Positions 1-9,178 of a stretch of DNA of 64,000 nucleotides are shown piece after piece (positions within the stretch are counted from its first letter, which is position 1; each line of letters begins with the position of its first letter). A program made the translations under genes and the position numbers. The DNA comes from an uncultured virus (IMG/VR IMGVR_UViG_3300029309_000011). Taxonomy: Duplodnaviria > Heunggongvirae > Uroviricota > Caudoviricetes. The notes beneath the pieces were generated by a model. That model ran no database searches, had not been told where the DNA came from, and worked only from the letters and a program-made list of their open reading frames with translations. Location of the stretch: IMG/VR virus record IMGVR_UViG_3300029309_000011, positions 1 through 64,000 of that record; one strand, 5' to 3'.

Positions 1-95
1 AAAATTGTCTGAACTAAAACCTGTATTTGCTGATTATGTGAATACCAAGACTCAATATCAATCATGTAACACTCCGCAGCAATGGACTTGCAAAT

Positions 96-650
96 TTGAT
101 AAATGGCTCTTTAATGAGTATGAGTTTACAAATGAGGAGATTGACGAATTACATACAAACAGAGTCAGACAAATCGGACGAGAAACTTCTGAGAAAGTTA
201 CTAACTGATGATTTACCTGATGAAGAACAAATTAAAATTATTCGTCATGTTTTTTCAGATCTAATTAAGTGGACTTATGAAGATTTAGTAATTCATCTTA
301 CACAGATATTTAACTTTACTAATGAAGAATGTTCACAGTTATTAGATAGGTATCCAATTCTTTCAGCCACCACCACAGAAGTAATTACAATGAAAGCACC
401 CAATTACAATGCAACAGCACCCAAGGATGTTTCAGCTATCACCGAAAATTTATGGCAAGCAAGAAAGCTTGTAGTAGATGCAAAGAAGCTAATCTCTGCA
501 ACTGCCCTGACACCAGGGGATTACGACAGTCAAGATGACTTTCAAGATGCACTAGTAGAGAGATTAGAACTTCAAAAGAATTTTCTAATTATTAACAAAT
601 TTTTAGATAATCAAATTAACTTTGCTCAACCACACATACCAAAAAAATGA
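96..650 (+). CDS. hypothetical phage protein (true start uncertain)
   Basis: Long ORF in a tightly packed + strand run, with ATGA overlap to the next gene. Confidence 0.5.
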   Translation: MINGSLMSMSLQMRRLTNYIQTESDKSDEKLLRKLLTDDLPDEEQIKIIRHVFSDLIKWTYEDLVIHLTQIFNFTNEECSQLLDRYPILSATTTEVITMKAPNYNATAPKDVSAITENLWQARKLVVDAKKLISATALTPGDYDSQDDFQDALVERLELQKNFLIINKFLDNQINFAQPHIPKK

Positions 651-828
651 AATTAAAGTCAACAACCTTTTTACCAGAAAACATTTTCGAGTTACAAGAA
701 AATAATTTACCTAAAGAATCCGACAGTGATCCTTGGGGTAAAGTCATGGTTTATAAAAAAGATACAGGATGGTCAGTCATTGATGTAAATTCTGTCTATG
801 CTTTCTATAAACATCTAAATCACACACA

Positions 829-1131
829 TTGGACATTTACTCCAGAAAAACCATGACAAAAAAAGAATTCTCATATGTAGTTATCTCTAGTTCTGGAGAT
901 AAGGTTGAAGAGATTCATGGAGTTTATAAAGATGTTGAGGGTGCTTGCTATGGTGCAAGGTCAGCCTTAACTAATTTATTTCCTAATCATGGAGATCAAG
1001 CAAAAATTATCCGATGTGAAATTATTTCTACAGAAGATGCTAGAAACCAGTTTGAGGATTCTAAACCACATGACTTATTTGAAAAATGTGAGGATGGTTA
1101 TTGTCCTTTACCAACATCAAAAGCATCATGA
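829..1131 (+). CDS. hypothetical protein with C-terminal CEDGYCP motif
   Basis: ORF; likely start at ATG 853 (ATGA overlap with the upstream gene). Confidence 0.55.
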   Translation: MDIYSRKTMTKKEFSYVVISSSGDKVEEIHGVYKDVEGACYGARSALTNLFPNHGDQAKIIRCEIISTEDARNQFEDSKPHDLFEKCEDGYCPLPTSKAS

Positions 1132-1272
1132 CAAATAAAGTTCAAATACTTTTAGGTGATCTTAAAAGAGAAACTAAAAGGTATCAAGATCTTATCAATG
1201 CACAGACTGAAAGATTAACCACTATCAAAAATCAAATCGATTTAGAACTACAAAAACAACACCAAAAATCCA

Positions 1273-1731
1273 ATGACAAAACAAAGAGCAACTAATGAAC
1301 AAATGGAAGAGCGTATTAATTATGCTGCTGATCGATTAGCTAAAGGTGAAAGATCAATGGAAATAGTTAAAAAGCTATCTATAAAACATAATGTAAGCCT
1401 TCAACAAGCTAGAGACTATGTGAGGGAGGCTAGAAATGTTGTCACAGAGTCTATAGCACCTAATGATCGTGCCTTTATTTTCTCTAAAGTTATGAGTTGT
1501 TTAGAACAAGATCGATTAGATGCTAGGAAAGAAGACAATTTAAAAGAACAAGGCAAGGCTACAGGAGGGATGGTCAAGATGGTCAGTATGTTGACTAGTA
1601 TTGATCAAGTAGGTAGTTGGGATGATTCCAGAGATACTTACTTATTTAAAAATTTTTCTGAAGCAAAAAAGAAAGTAAAACATGTTGATCTTGATGCTTT
1701 AGATGACAATGTCGAAGATTTACCTTTTTAA
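1273..1731 (+). CDS. helix-turn-helix-like protein (possible terminase small subunit or regulator)
   Basis: N-terminal HTH-like pattern (LAKGERSMEIVKKLSIKHNVSLQQARDYV); acidic tail ending EDLPF. Confidence 0.4.
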   Translation: MTKQRATNEQMEERINYAADRLAKGERSMEIVKKLSIKHNVSLQQARDYVREARNVVTESIAPNDRAFIFSKVMSCLEQDRLDARKEDNLKEQGKATGGMVKMVSMLTSIDQVGSWDDSRDTYLFKNFSEAKKKVKHVDLDALDDNVEDLPF

Positions 1732-1734
1732 ATT

Positions 1735-1977
1735 ATGAAAACACTGCAAAACATGAGAGATCCTTCAACATTAATAGTGTTGAATCAAAAAATTCTAAAA
1801 AAATTAGAAAATATTGAAAAGACTTCACAAAATCTTGACAGAATTACTTCTGCATTAGAAAGGATTGCTACTGTTTTAGAGAGTGATGTTCACATCAACA
1901 TTGATCACGCACATATTGATCAGATAGATCATAATCATGTTGAGGGTAAGATTCATACTCACGAAGATAATTGGTAA
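1735..1977 (+). CDS. coiled-coil protein with His-rich tail
   Basis: LERIATVLE heptads and HIDxIDH repeats. Confidence 0.55.
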   Translation: MKTLQNMRDPSTLIVLNQKILKKLENIEKTSQNLDRITSALERIATVLESDVHINIDHAHIDQIDHNHVEGKIHTHEDNW

Positions 1978-1982
1978 ATCCT

Positions 1983-2171
1983 GGGGCAGAGGATTGCGAT
2001 TAATCTTTATTCATGCTGCCTTAATTAAATGAATTTAACTGCTCGGTCTAAGTGGTTACTTTCCAATTTATTTAATTATGATATTAGGTTCTTATCGTGG
2101 AATGATAGTAGCACCAACTGGTTGAGAGTCCATTTCATGGCTATCATTAAGTATGATCTCGTAAGCCCCCA
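1983..2171. ncRNA. candidate ~190-nt structured intergenic RNA
   Basis: No ORF of 60 aa or more; terminal GGGGC/GCCCC pairing, internal AATGATAG/CTATCATT stem and nested short helices. Confidence 0.4.
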
Positions 2172-2201
2172 AACTTTATAATACTTTTACACACTTTACA
2201 C

Positions 2202-2450
2202 ATGACTTCATTCAAGTACAAAATTAACGAAAGAGTTAAAGAAAGAAATTCCAATCGCATTCATGGAAGATACATAAATCATTATGGTAAACAAGAGATA
2301 ATTAAAACAAGAAGAGGTATAGTCACGGGTATGAATATTAAAAAGAATAGTATTGGAGCCAAAGTAACTTATTATCAAGTTCAATGGGATAATCAATCAA
2401 GACCTACTGAGATACAGGCACATAGAATTGAAAGTGAGGAAACAAAGTGA
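2202..2450 (+). CDS. small basic SH3/KOW-like hypothetical protein
   Basis: ORF preceded by TATAAT; beta-rich pattern G-x-V...YYQVQWD. Confidence 0.5.
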   Translation: MTSFKYKINERVKERNSNRIHGRYINHYGKQEIIKTRRGIVTGMNIKKNSIGAKVTYYQVQWDNQSRPTEIQAHRIESEETK

Positions 2451-2653
2451 GGAAAAGACTTTCGTATGTGGTATGTCCTAAATGTGAGGTGTATACATTT
2501 CAGAAGGTATTATTTACAAGAGTACATGATGATCATAGGACTCTAAGAAAAAGAGAGTGTGAAAGTTGTAATCATAGATGGAATACCATCCAAGATCCAG
2601 AACAAACGGTTGATGATATCACCGAAAGGAAGTTTTTGGGTAGGGGGGTATGA
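2447..2653 (+). CDS. NrdR N-terminal-like zinc-ribbon protein
   Basis: CPKC...RKRECESCNHRWNT matches the NrdR Zn-ribbon signature; no ATP cone. Confidence 0.7.
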   Translation: MRKRLSYVVCPKCEVYTFQKVLFTRVHDDHRTLRKRECESCNHRWNTIQDPEQTVDDITERKFLGRGV

Positions 2654-2808
2654 AGCCTATAATTAAAAATTAAAATAAAAATAATGATTATTGTTCTTGG
2701 AATACTCTTAACCCTAGGTGTAATAGGGATTGTCATTCTTTTAAAAATATACAACCCACATTAATTTACTTTCGTTTGAGCCGTTTTACTTTCGTTTTTC
2801 AGATATAT

Positions 2809-4125
2809 TTACTGGTTTAATTTTCTAAGTAGATCTTGAACGTCTTTTCTTTCATCATCGGTAAGAGGTCGTTCTTCTTCTTTATTACTATAAGGAGGGG
2901 CTGAAAATGAATTACCCTGTGATTTATATAAATTTGGATTGTTAAATTGTGGAAACTTGTCAGCTTGAATATCTGTGACTACTTGATTAGTCGTAGGATT
3001 TGAAAGTTGTCCATATATGTAGTCAGTTTTTTGACCTTTTTGTAATTTTAATTCTGAATCTTTAAAATCATGTTTATTTATAATTTTTCTTCCTTGATTT
3101 ACTAAATCATTTGCTGCTAATAAATCGTCATTACCCATATATTCATTAAAAATACCTTCAAATACATTGGCCTCCTCTCTGTTACCGACTGCATTCATTC
3201 CATTAATAATTAAACTTGCTTTATGGTCTAGAAAATGTTCAGCTCTTACAGATGCATCTAAATCTCTTAACTCTTCATTCTTTAGATTTTGATTTACGGT
3301 ATGTCGATGCATATCTCCAGCGTGGTCATGTATCTTTGCTACTCCATAATCTACAAATTGCATTTTATTAGTATTTGGATTGTAAGTTATATGTTCTTCT
3401 CTATCCATTCCTGCTGAGTCTTGCAAATCTGCATGAATAATACCTGCATCAGCTAAATCCAACTCTCCTTTCGCCTTTGCTAAATTATATTTTCTAGTCT
3501 CATTACGTACAGCTTGAGCTTCTGGATTTATTAATTTATAAATAGGTGCATCATCATCGGCTGCAATCATTTTATTTTTTACAAATTTTTCTAGAACTCC
3601 TCCAGGCTCTGCTGCATAACCTTGACTTCTTAACGTATTTACCTTATCCATTTCAGTAACATGAATAGTAGGACTAGCAAATCTACCTGTAGTGTCTAAA
3701 GATCGTAAAAGATCCATTTCATCTTGCCTTGCAGGAAATGTTTCAACTGCATGAACTTTAGGTGCTCTTCCCATTTCAGCTGCTTTGAGTTGTGCTTCTA
3801 CCTCTTTCTCTGCTCTATTAATGTCATCTTTCATTTCTAGTCTTTGAGCTTTAAATACTTTGTTAGGATCATCAGGATCTTGAAATGTAGTACCAAATGC
3901 ACCAGCACCTAAAACTTTATACTTATCATATGCTTCGGCAAAACCACTACCTAAAGTTTGATCAAACGCTTTGTTTCTTATTGGAATATATTCTTTTGGG
4001 TTATCTGGCAGAAAAATATCTGGATCATCGGGATTCATAGACTCTAAGTAACCTCTTACAAAATCTCTTTCACGTACACCACGAAAATTATTTAGGTAAC
4101 CTCGAAGGAACTCTTCTCTATCCAC
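2809..4125 (-). CDS. Ser/Thr protein kinase-like protein
   Basis: GAGAFG glycine loop, VFK lysine, KEVE alphaC glutamate, HADL catalytic loop, DYG metal-binding motif. Confidence 0.75.
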   Translation of the reverse strand: MDREEFLRGYLNNFRGVRERDFVRGYLESMNPDDPDIFLPDNPKEYIPIRNKAFDQTLGSGFAEAYDKYKVLGAGAFGTTFQDPDDPNKVFKAQRLEMKDDINRAEKEVEAQLKAAEMGRAPKVHAVETFPARQDEMDLLRSLDTTGRFASPTIHVTEMDKVNTLRSQGYAAEPGGVLEKFVKNKMIAADDDAPIYKLINPEAQAVRNETRKYNLAKAKGELDLADAGIIHADLQDSAGMDREEHITYNPNTNKMQFVDYGVAKIHDHAGDMHRHTVNQNLKNEELRDLDASVRAEHFLDHKASLIINGMNAVGNREEANVFEGIFNEYMGNDDLLAANDLVNQGRKIINKHDFKDSELKLQKGQKTDYIYGQLSNPTTNQVVTDIQADKFPQFNNPNLYKSQGNSFSAPPYSNKEEERPLTDDERKDVQDLLRKLNQ

Positions 4126-4166
4126 ACTTGACCTAGAATGTTATTAATACATTTTAAATCAACTTA

Positions 4167-4361
4167 ATGAACGAAATAACTATTTTTATCTACCTTGTGT
4201 TCTTCGCAGGTATCTCAGGTGCTACCTTTGCCTTTACATGGAGAATGATGACTTTAACATTAAATGATTTTGATAAAGTTAGAAAAATACATCCAGAATT
4301 AGAAGATGTAAAACCTGGAGATGAATTGCTTGTGTTTAAAGTTGAGGAGAATAAGGATTAG
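4167..4361 (+). CDS. DUF2973-like small membrane protein
   Basis: N-terminal TM helix plus HPELEDVKPGDELLVF motif typical of cyanobacterial and cyanophage members. Confidence 0.6.
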   Translation: MNEITIFIYLVFFAGISGATFAFTWRMMTLTLNDFDKVRKIHPELEDVKPGDELLVFKVEENKD

Positions 4362-4387
4362 AATAATAAAAAGTTGAAAATTTTACA

Positions 4388-5854
4388 ATGGTGTTGAGAA
4401 ACTTTGATGCTAAACAATACCTAGCAAACTATGCAGATCTACAGGAAGCCTTTGGTGATGATGAAAAAAAGGCAAAAGATCATTTTAGAACCTTTGGAAT
4501 TAAAGAAGGTAGAGTAGATACAGCTGCAGGCGGAACTCTTTCACCTGAAGACACCGCTACACGATTAGCAGAATATAATAAAACTACAAGAGATGTTAAT
4601 CCAAACTTAGGGGCATTTGACGCTAAACAATATTTAAAAAATTATGTTGACCTTCAGGAGGCATTTGGTACTGATGAAGGTAAAGCTCGACAACATTTTC
4701 TAGATTATGGAATAAAAGAGGGTAGAGTAGATACCCAAAGTGGAATTAACAGTGGCATTCTTTCTCAAACAGATCAGCAAAGAAGAGCGAGAAGATTTCT
4801 TGAAACAAAATTATCAAATTTAGGACCTGATGCATCTCCTGAACAAACACAGGCATTGCAACAACAAATACTGCAAGCATCACCAGGTGATAGAGAAGCT
4901 AAAGCAGCAAGGATGAAAGCAGCAGCGGAAAGAAGAGAGGGCTTCTTAGCAGGTAAAGAGGGTGCTACATTTGATGCTGATCAATACCTAAAAAATTATG
5001 TTGACCTTCAAGAAGCATTTGGTGATGATAAAGAGGCAGCTACTCAACATTACAGAGACTATGGTGTAAAAGAGGGACGGACAGATACAACGGATAAATT
5101 TAATGTGGGAAATTACCTTTCTCAATATAAAGACCTTCAAGAAGTTCTCGGTGACGATAGAGAACAGGGCTTAAAGCATTATTATACACATGGATTAAAG
5201 GAAGGTAGATCACCACAGGGAGGTTCATTGGGTCCAGATGAAACGAAAGCGTCCTTTGATGCTAAACGATATTTAAAGAATTATGGAGATCTTCAGGCAG
5301 CATTCGGGGATGATACTGAAAAGGCTAGACAACACTATCTACAATATGGAATTAAAGAAAAAAGAACTGATAGAGAAATAGATCCAATACCTTACACACC
5401 ACCATCTCCTAGCCCTAATCCTCCTACTCCTACTCCTACTCCTACTCCTACTCCTACTCCTACTCCTACTCCTACTCCAACTCCTGAGCCTGATCCAACT
5501 CCAACTCCAACTCCAACTCCAACTCCTGAGCCTGATCCAACTCCTACCCCTACTCCTAAGCCTGATCCATACAGAGGACGAGATCCATTCAGAACTTTTG
5601 ATCCAAAAGGTGAAAATCCTTATAGAGCCCCAAGTTACGAGGCAGCCAAAAATAGAATGTATGAGATGCTATTTGATAGAGCAGAAGTCAAAAGGGAGAA
5701 AAGACAAATGAGAAAAGCAGAAAGAAAGTCTATAAGTGAAATGAATAAGCGAGAACAAAACAGAAGAAATAATTATGGAGGGGAAATAAATATTGGAGAT
5801 GTGCAAGGGGATCGTGGTTCTGTAGGAAATCTTGGTAATATTTTAGGGTCATAG
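4388..5854 (+). CDS. repeat protein: five FDxxxYLxxYxDLxxAFG...HY..xGxxEGR modules plus Pro-Thr linker
   Basis: Five ~37-aa repeats and a PT-rich tract visible in the translation. Confidence 0.8.
   Translation: MVLRNFDAKQYLANYADLQEAFGDDEKKAKDHFRTFGIKEGRVDTAAGGTLSPEDTATRLAEYNKTTRDVNPNLGAFDAKQYLKNYVDLQEAFGTDEGKARQHFLDYGIKEGRVDTQSGINSGILSQTDQQRRARRFLETKLSNLGPDASPEQTQALQQQILQASPGDREAKAARMKAAAERREGFLAGKEGATFDADQYLKNYVDLQEAFGDDKEAATQHYRDYGVKEGRTDTTDKFNVGNYLSQYKDLQEVLGDDREQGLKHYYTHGLKEGRSPQGGSLGPDETKASFDAKRYLKNYGDLQAAFGDDTEKARQHYLQYGIKEKRTDREIDPIPYTPPSPSPNPPTPTPTPTPTPTPTPTPTPTPEPDPTPTPTPTPTPEPDPTPTPTPKPDPYRGRDPFRTFDPKGENPYRAPSYEAAKNRMYEMLFDRAEVKREKRQMRKAERKSISEMNKREQNRRNNYGGEINIGDVQGDRGSVGNLGNILGS
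5420..5568 (+). repeat. hexamer tandem repeat (CCTACT/CCAACT) encoding the Pro-Thr linker
   Basis: Direct inspection. Confidence 0.9.
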
Positions 5855-5902
5855 TAAAGACAAAATTTTAAAAGGTGTTTTAATAGAATAAATACCTTTA
5901 GT

Positions 5903-6178
5903 ATGAATATACATACATTTTTTATCATGCAACTTAAAGAAAAAACTGATCTAAAAAAACATCATGCAAATGTTTTAAAAAAACTTGATGGTGTACTTTC
6001 TACAATTGATAAACTTAGAGAAGATGCTTTGTTCATAGATAAGATACATGGTGAACAGGAATTAAATCTTGATCAGACAATAGAATTATTAAATGGTATA
6101 AGATCCCATTTTCTACCACCAAATGCTCCACCAGAATTAGCTGCAGGTTTCGAAACTAACTCTTTTGATGTATCATAG
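5903..6178 (+). CDS. hypothetical protein
   Basis: ORF track; TAGAAT upstream. Confidence 0.5.
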   Translation: MNIHTFFIMQLKEKTDLKKHHANVLKKLDGVLSTIDKLREDALFIDKIHGEQELNLDQTIELLNGIRSHFLPPNAPPELAAGFETNSFDVS

Positions 6179-6201
6179 AAAGGCACTTTACTTATATAAA
6201 A

Positions 6202-6354
6202 ATGCCAAGAATCAAAATTGAATATACAGATCCTAACTCTTATAAGGATTTTGAATACGAATATAATTTTGGAAATGATACTTATGATGATTTTATTCCT
6301 CTTCCAGAGATGCCAAGTATGCCTCAAATAGTCGGATCTTTGACAGAATATTAA
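6202..6354 (+). CDS. small acidic hypothetical protein (50 aa, MPRIKIEYTD...)
   Basis: Manually translated ORF below the track cutoff. Confidence 0.45.
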   Translation: MPRIKIEYTDPNSYKDFEYEYNFGNDTYDDFIPLPEMPSMPQIVGSLTEY

Positions 6355-6500
6355 TTTTTATAACATACATTTTCGGCAACCCTTACCATTGCTACGCTTG
6401 AGTTCCAGACCCTAGTAATAGCAATGGTTTTCTTATGTACAAATACTTGTGCGATGCAAGTATATCTACTTCATAATAAAGTACTCGATAAAAAATAATT

Positions 6501-6674
6501 ATGGAAGACACAAATCAAAAAACTATAAAACAGTTAGCTTGGGCAGTATTATCAAAAGCCACAGGTAGTCAATTAAGTCAGGTAATTAAGGTCACTGGAT
6601 ATAAAGATGCGGACAGGACTGTAGCAGAAGCACCAGATAAATTTTATAAGTCAGGTCCTTTCTACATAAGTTGA
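6501..6674 (+). CDS. small hypothetical protein (57 aa, MEDTNQK...)
   Basis: Manually translated ORF. Confidence 0.5.
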   Translation: MEDTNQKTIKQLAWAVLSKATGSQLSQVIKVTGYKDADRTVAEAPDKFYKSGPFYIS

Positions 6675-6962
6675 AATTCATAAAAAATCCGCTATCTTTT
6701 CATAAGAGAGTTATTAGATTTAATGAAATTTCCTATCACTTCTTACGTGGTTTTTGTTCATAATCAAACAATTGGTGCTCACGCTCCACAATTTGAAAAG
6801 ATTGATGATGCTGAAAATTTTGCTAATTCTATAAGAGCTACAACATCTTTAACAGTGAGTGAACCAATACCTGTAATTATGACAGAGCAAGTGAAATCTG
6901 AACTTAATACTGGTGATTAATAATTTTTATGCTATCTTGAGTTATAGAATACATTCAAGCAG

Positions 6963-7214
6963 ATGGCAGTTGTAGTAAGTGTTTCCGTTCCTGATGATTT
7001 AAATGCTAAATGGAAACAATCAGATTTAAAAATAAGTCCATCACAAATCTTTCAAATAGCTTTAGAAACTCAACTTGATGGAAAGAATAAACATCTTCAA
7101 CACTGGAGTTCTAGAGCTCTAGCTGCTGAAAAAAAATTAAAACTTATACAGGCAATGGTTGGTGCAAATGATAAAGAAGTTAAAAAGTTTGCATGGTTTG
7201 AACAAGATAATTAA
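6963..7214 (+). CDS. ribbon-helix-helix (CcdA-like) DNA-binding protein
   Basis: VVVSVSVPDDL beta-ribbon followed by ISPSQIFQIAL helix. Confidence 0.5.
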   Translation: MAVVVSVSVPDDLNAKWKQSDLKISPSQIFQIALETQLDGKNKHLQHWSSRALAAEKKLKLIQAMVGANDKEVKKFAWFEQDN

Positions 7215-7485
7215 ATTAGACTTAAGTAAACACATTGATAATTGTATGAAAGTTGTGATCACTCCTACTTTCCAACAAACATCTAATCAAGAAGAGTTGT
7301 TGCAACTTCATGATTTTTTTATAGAGTTAAAAGAAAATAGATTAATACCACCTCAAATGAGCATATCTCAATTCAAATTATTATGTTATGAAAGAGGATT
7401 AAATGAGTATAGAAAAGATCTTAGAGTATTTGATTGTTGAGTGAAGATAGAATGACTTAATAAAACAGTTCTAATCATTTTCGTA

Positions 7486-7815
7486 ATGGTATCAAATAGT
7501 ATTTATTTCAATAATAATTTAAATGGAAATATAAGACTAGCAAACGCTGGACCTTCCACACCAGTAAAATACTATGAAGACAGTAACAGTATATTGCCTG
7601 ATTTTGGATCAACTCGTGTTGGTGAGATAAGAATAAAACCAGGTTATACCATGCAAGACGTATTTGGCCTGCCAATCGATCGAGCAAGTACAGACGAGAA
7701 CTTTAATACCTTAATAGCACAAGGCAAAGATACAGATTTTAATACACAAGACAATAAACAAAGTAATGTACTTGATAGAGTTGCTGATTTTTTTTCTAGA
7801 ATTAGTAAAACTTAA
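7486..7815 (+). CDS. hypothetical protein with C-terminal DRVADFF motif
   Basis: ORF track. Confidence 0.55.
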   Translation: MVSNSIYFNNNLNGNIRLANAGPSTPVKYYEDSNSILPDFGSTRVGEIRIKPGYTMQDVFGLPIDRASTDENFNTLIAQGKDTDFNTQDNKQSNVLDRVADFFSRISKT

Positions 7816-8025
7816 CTAAAAATAGAAAAAATCTTAATCATAGATTAGGATAAGGATATGAGTGGTGATTTTGGGCTACATAACGAACCTGTGATTTTTT
7901 ACAGTCATGAAATGACTAAATCAAAAAAAATTTTTTTGAAACATAAAGGTATAAAAATTAGTTTGTTTAATAAAGTTATAAAAAAATTAGATAAATTAGA
8001 CTAAATAAAAGAATTTTTTATAAAA

Positions 8026-8181
8026 ATGCCACATAAAATGGAAAAAGTTATGTCTGAATATAAAGAAGGCAAACTTAAATCTGGTGGGGATAAAAAGGTA
8101 AAAAAAAGAAAACAAGCAATAGCTATCGGTCTTGCTATGGACTACAAAGCTCATGGTAAGAAAAATCCAAAAAAAGCTTAA
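8026..8181 (+). CDS. DUF6496-like small basic protein
   Basis: Manual translation EKVMSEYKEGKLKSGGDKKVKKRKQAIAIGL. Confidence 0.7.
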   Translation: MPHKMEKVMSEYKEGKLKSGGDKKVKKRKQAIAIGLAMDYKAHGKKNPKKA

Positions 8182-8323
8182 TTATTTAATTTTTTTCTCA
8201 AAGTAGCTTTATTTACAGCTTCAGCTCTTTTTGTTTTTGCAGTAAGAGTGCCTTTAGATACATCAACAAATCTAGGTTGAGCTTGTATTACTTCTTCTTT
8301 TAATAATTCTGTATTTGGTTTAA

Positions 8324-8542
8324 TCATTTTTTCTTCATACTTTTTGCAGCTCTTTTACTCGCCATCTTTCTAGCTTTTCTAGCTTTCGGTGTATTTTTTA
8401 CAAACTGTTTACCTTTTCGACTTTCACGTTTCTTTTTATCATCAGTTTTTTTTCTTTCAGCTTTTGACATGGCTGCCCACGCAGCCTCTGGTAAATATCT
8501 TGAAGTACCCTTCTTACCTTTTTTTATTGCTTTATCAGCCAT
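8324..8542 (-). CDS. DUF5872-like protein, C-terminal half
   Basis: GTSRYLPEAAWAAMSKAERKKTDDKK...GKQFVKNT motif. Confidence 0.6.
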   Translation of the reverse strand: MADKAIKKGKKGTSRYLPEAAWAAMSKAERKKTDDKKKRESRKGKQFVKNTPKARKARKMASKRAAKSMKKK

Positions 8543-8543
8543 A

Positions 8544-8966
8544 TTAGCAATCCTTTATAGGTCCTCCAAACAACCAAGCATCACATGTCCTTGCACTGGC
8601 ACATTTGAATTTAAATAATTGACAGTAACCTAAATCAGCTCTTCTCTGTACATCATAAGGATCAGCTGCTTTATTTTCATTTATACCTTCAATTATGCAA
8701 TTAATTATTTTGTCAGATTGGTCAAAGGCCGAACAATTTGCACAGAGAGCTGTCTTTACAGTCCTCACATCACTTTTCCATAACTTAGCTTTCTTTTCCC
8801 AAAAACCAGGATCAGGGTTGGCTGGATTTAAAGGTCCGTAACCATACTTTCGAATAGTATAGTTTCTATTTTTGACATTCTCATCTACATCTTTTGTGGC
8901 TGTAGGGCAGGATTCTCCGACTTTAGTCGTCGTTTTATTGAGAAGGATTACTACTTTTGCTTTCAT
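8544..8966 (-). CDS. Cys-rich putative metal/Fe-S binding protein
   Basis: CANCSAF...GYCQLF...TCDAW. Confidence 0.55.
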   Translation of the reverse strand: MKAKVVILLNKTTTKVGESCPTATKDVDENVKNRNYTIRKYGYGPLNPANPDPGFWEKKAKLWKSDVRTVKTALCANCSAFDQSDKIINCIIEGINENKAADPYDVQRRADLGYCQLFKFKCASARTCDAWLFGGPIKDC

Positions 8967-9178
8967 TTCTTTATTCTAACTGCACTCCCCTTCTCAGCTG
9001 CATATAAGGCAAACGATTTTGCAGCAATACTATTCAAAATTAAAGTAATATTATTTGAATCATTTTCGTCGCAGACATCACTCTCTAAACATTTAACAAC
9101 AGTACCTCCTACTATAAGTAGTTCAAAGATTACTACAACAAAAACTAACCTTAATGCCCAAGTTACTGAATTCATCAA
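8963..9178 (-). CDS. small membrane protein
   Basis: Two hydrophobic segments; 4-nt overlaps with both neighbours. Confidence 0.55.
   Translation of the reverse strand: MMNSVTWALRLVFVVVIFELLIVGGTVVKCLESDVCDENDSNNITLILNSIAAKSFALYAAEKGSAVRIKK

Noticed and set aside
1983..2171. tmRNA or tRNA interpretation of the GGGGC...GCCCC element
   Set aside because: No T-arm GTTCRA, no CCA end and no in-frame tag ending AA-stop.
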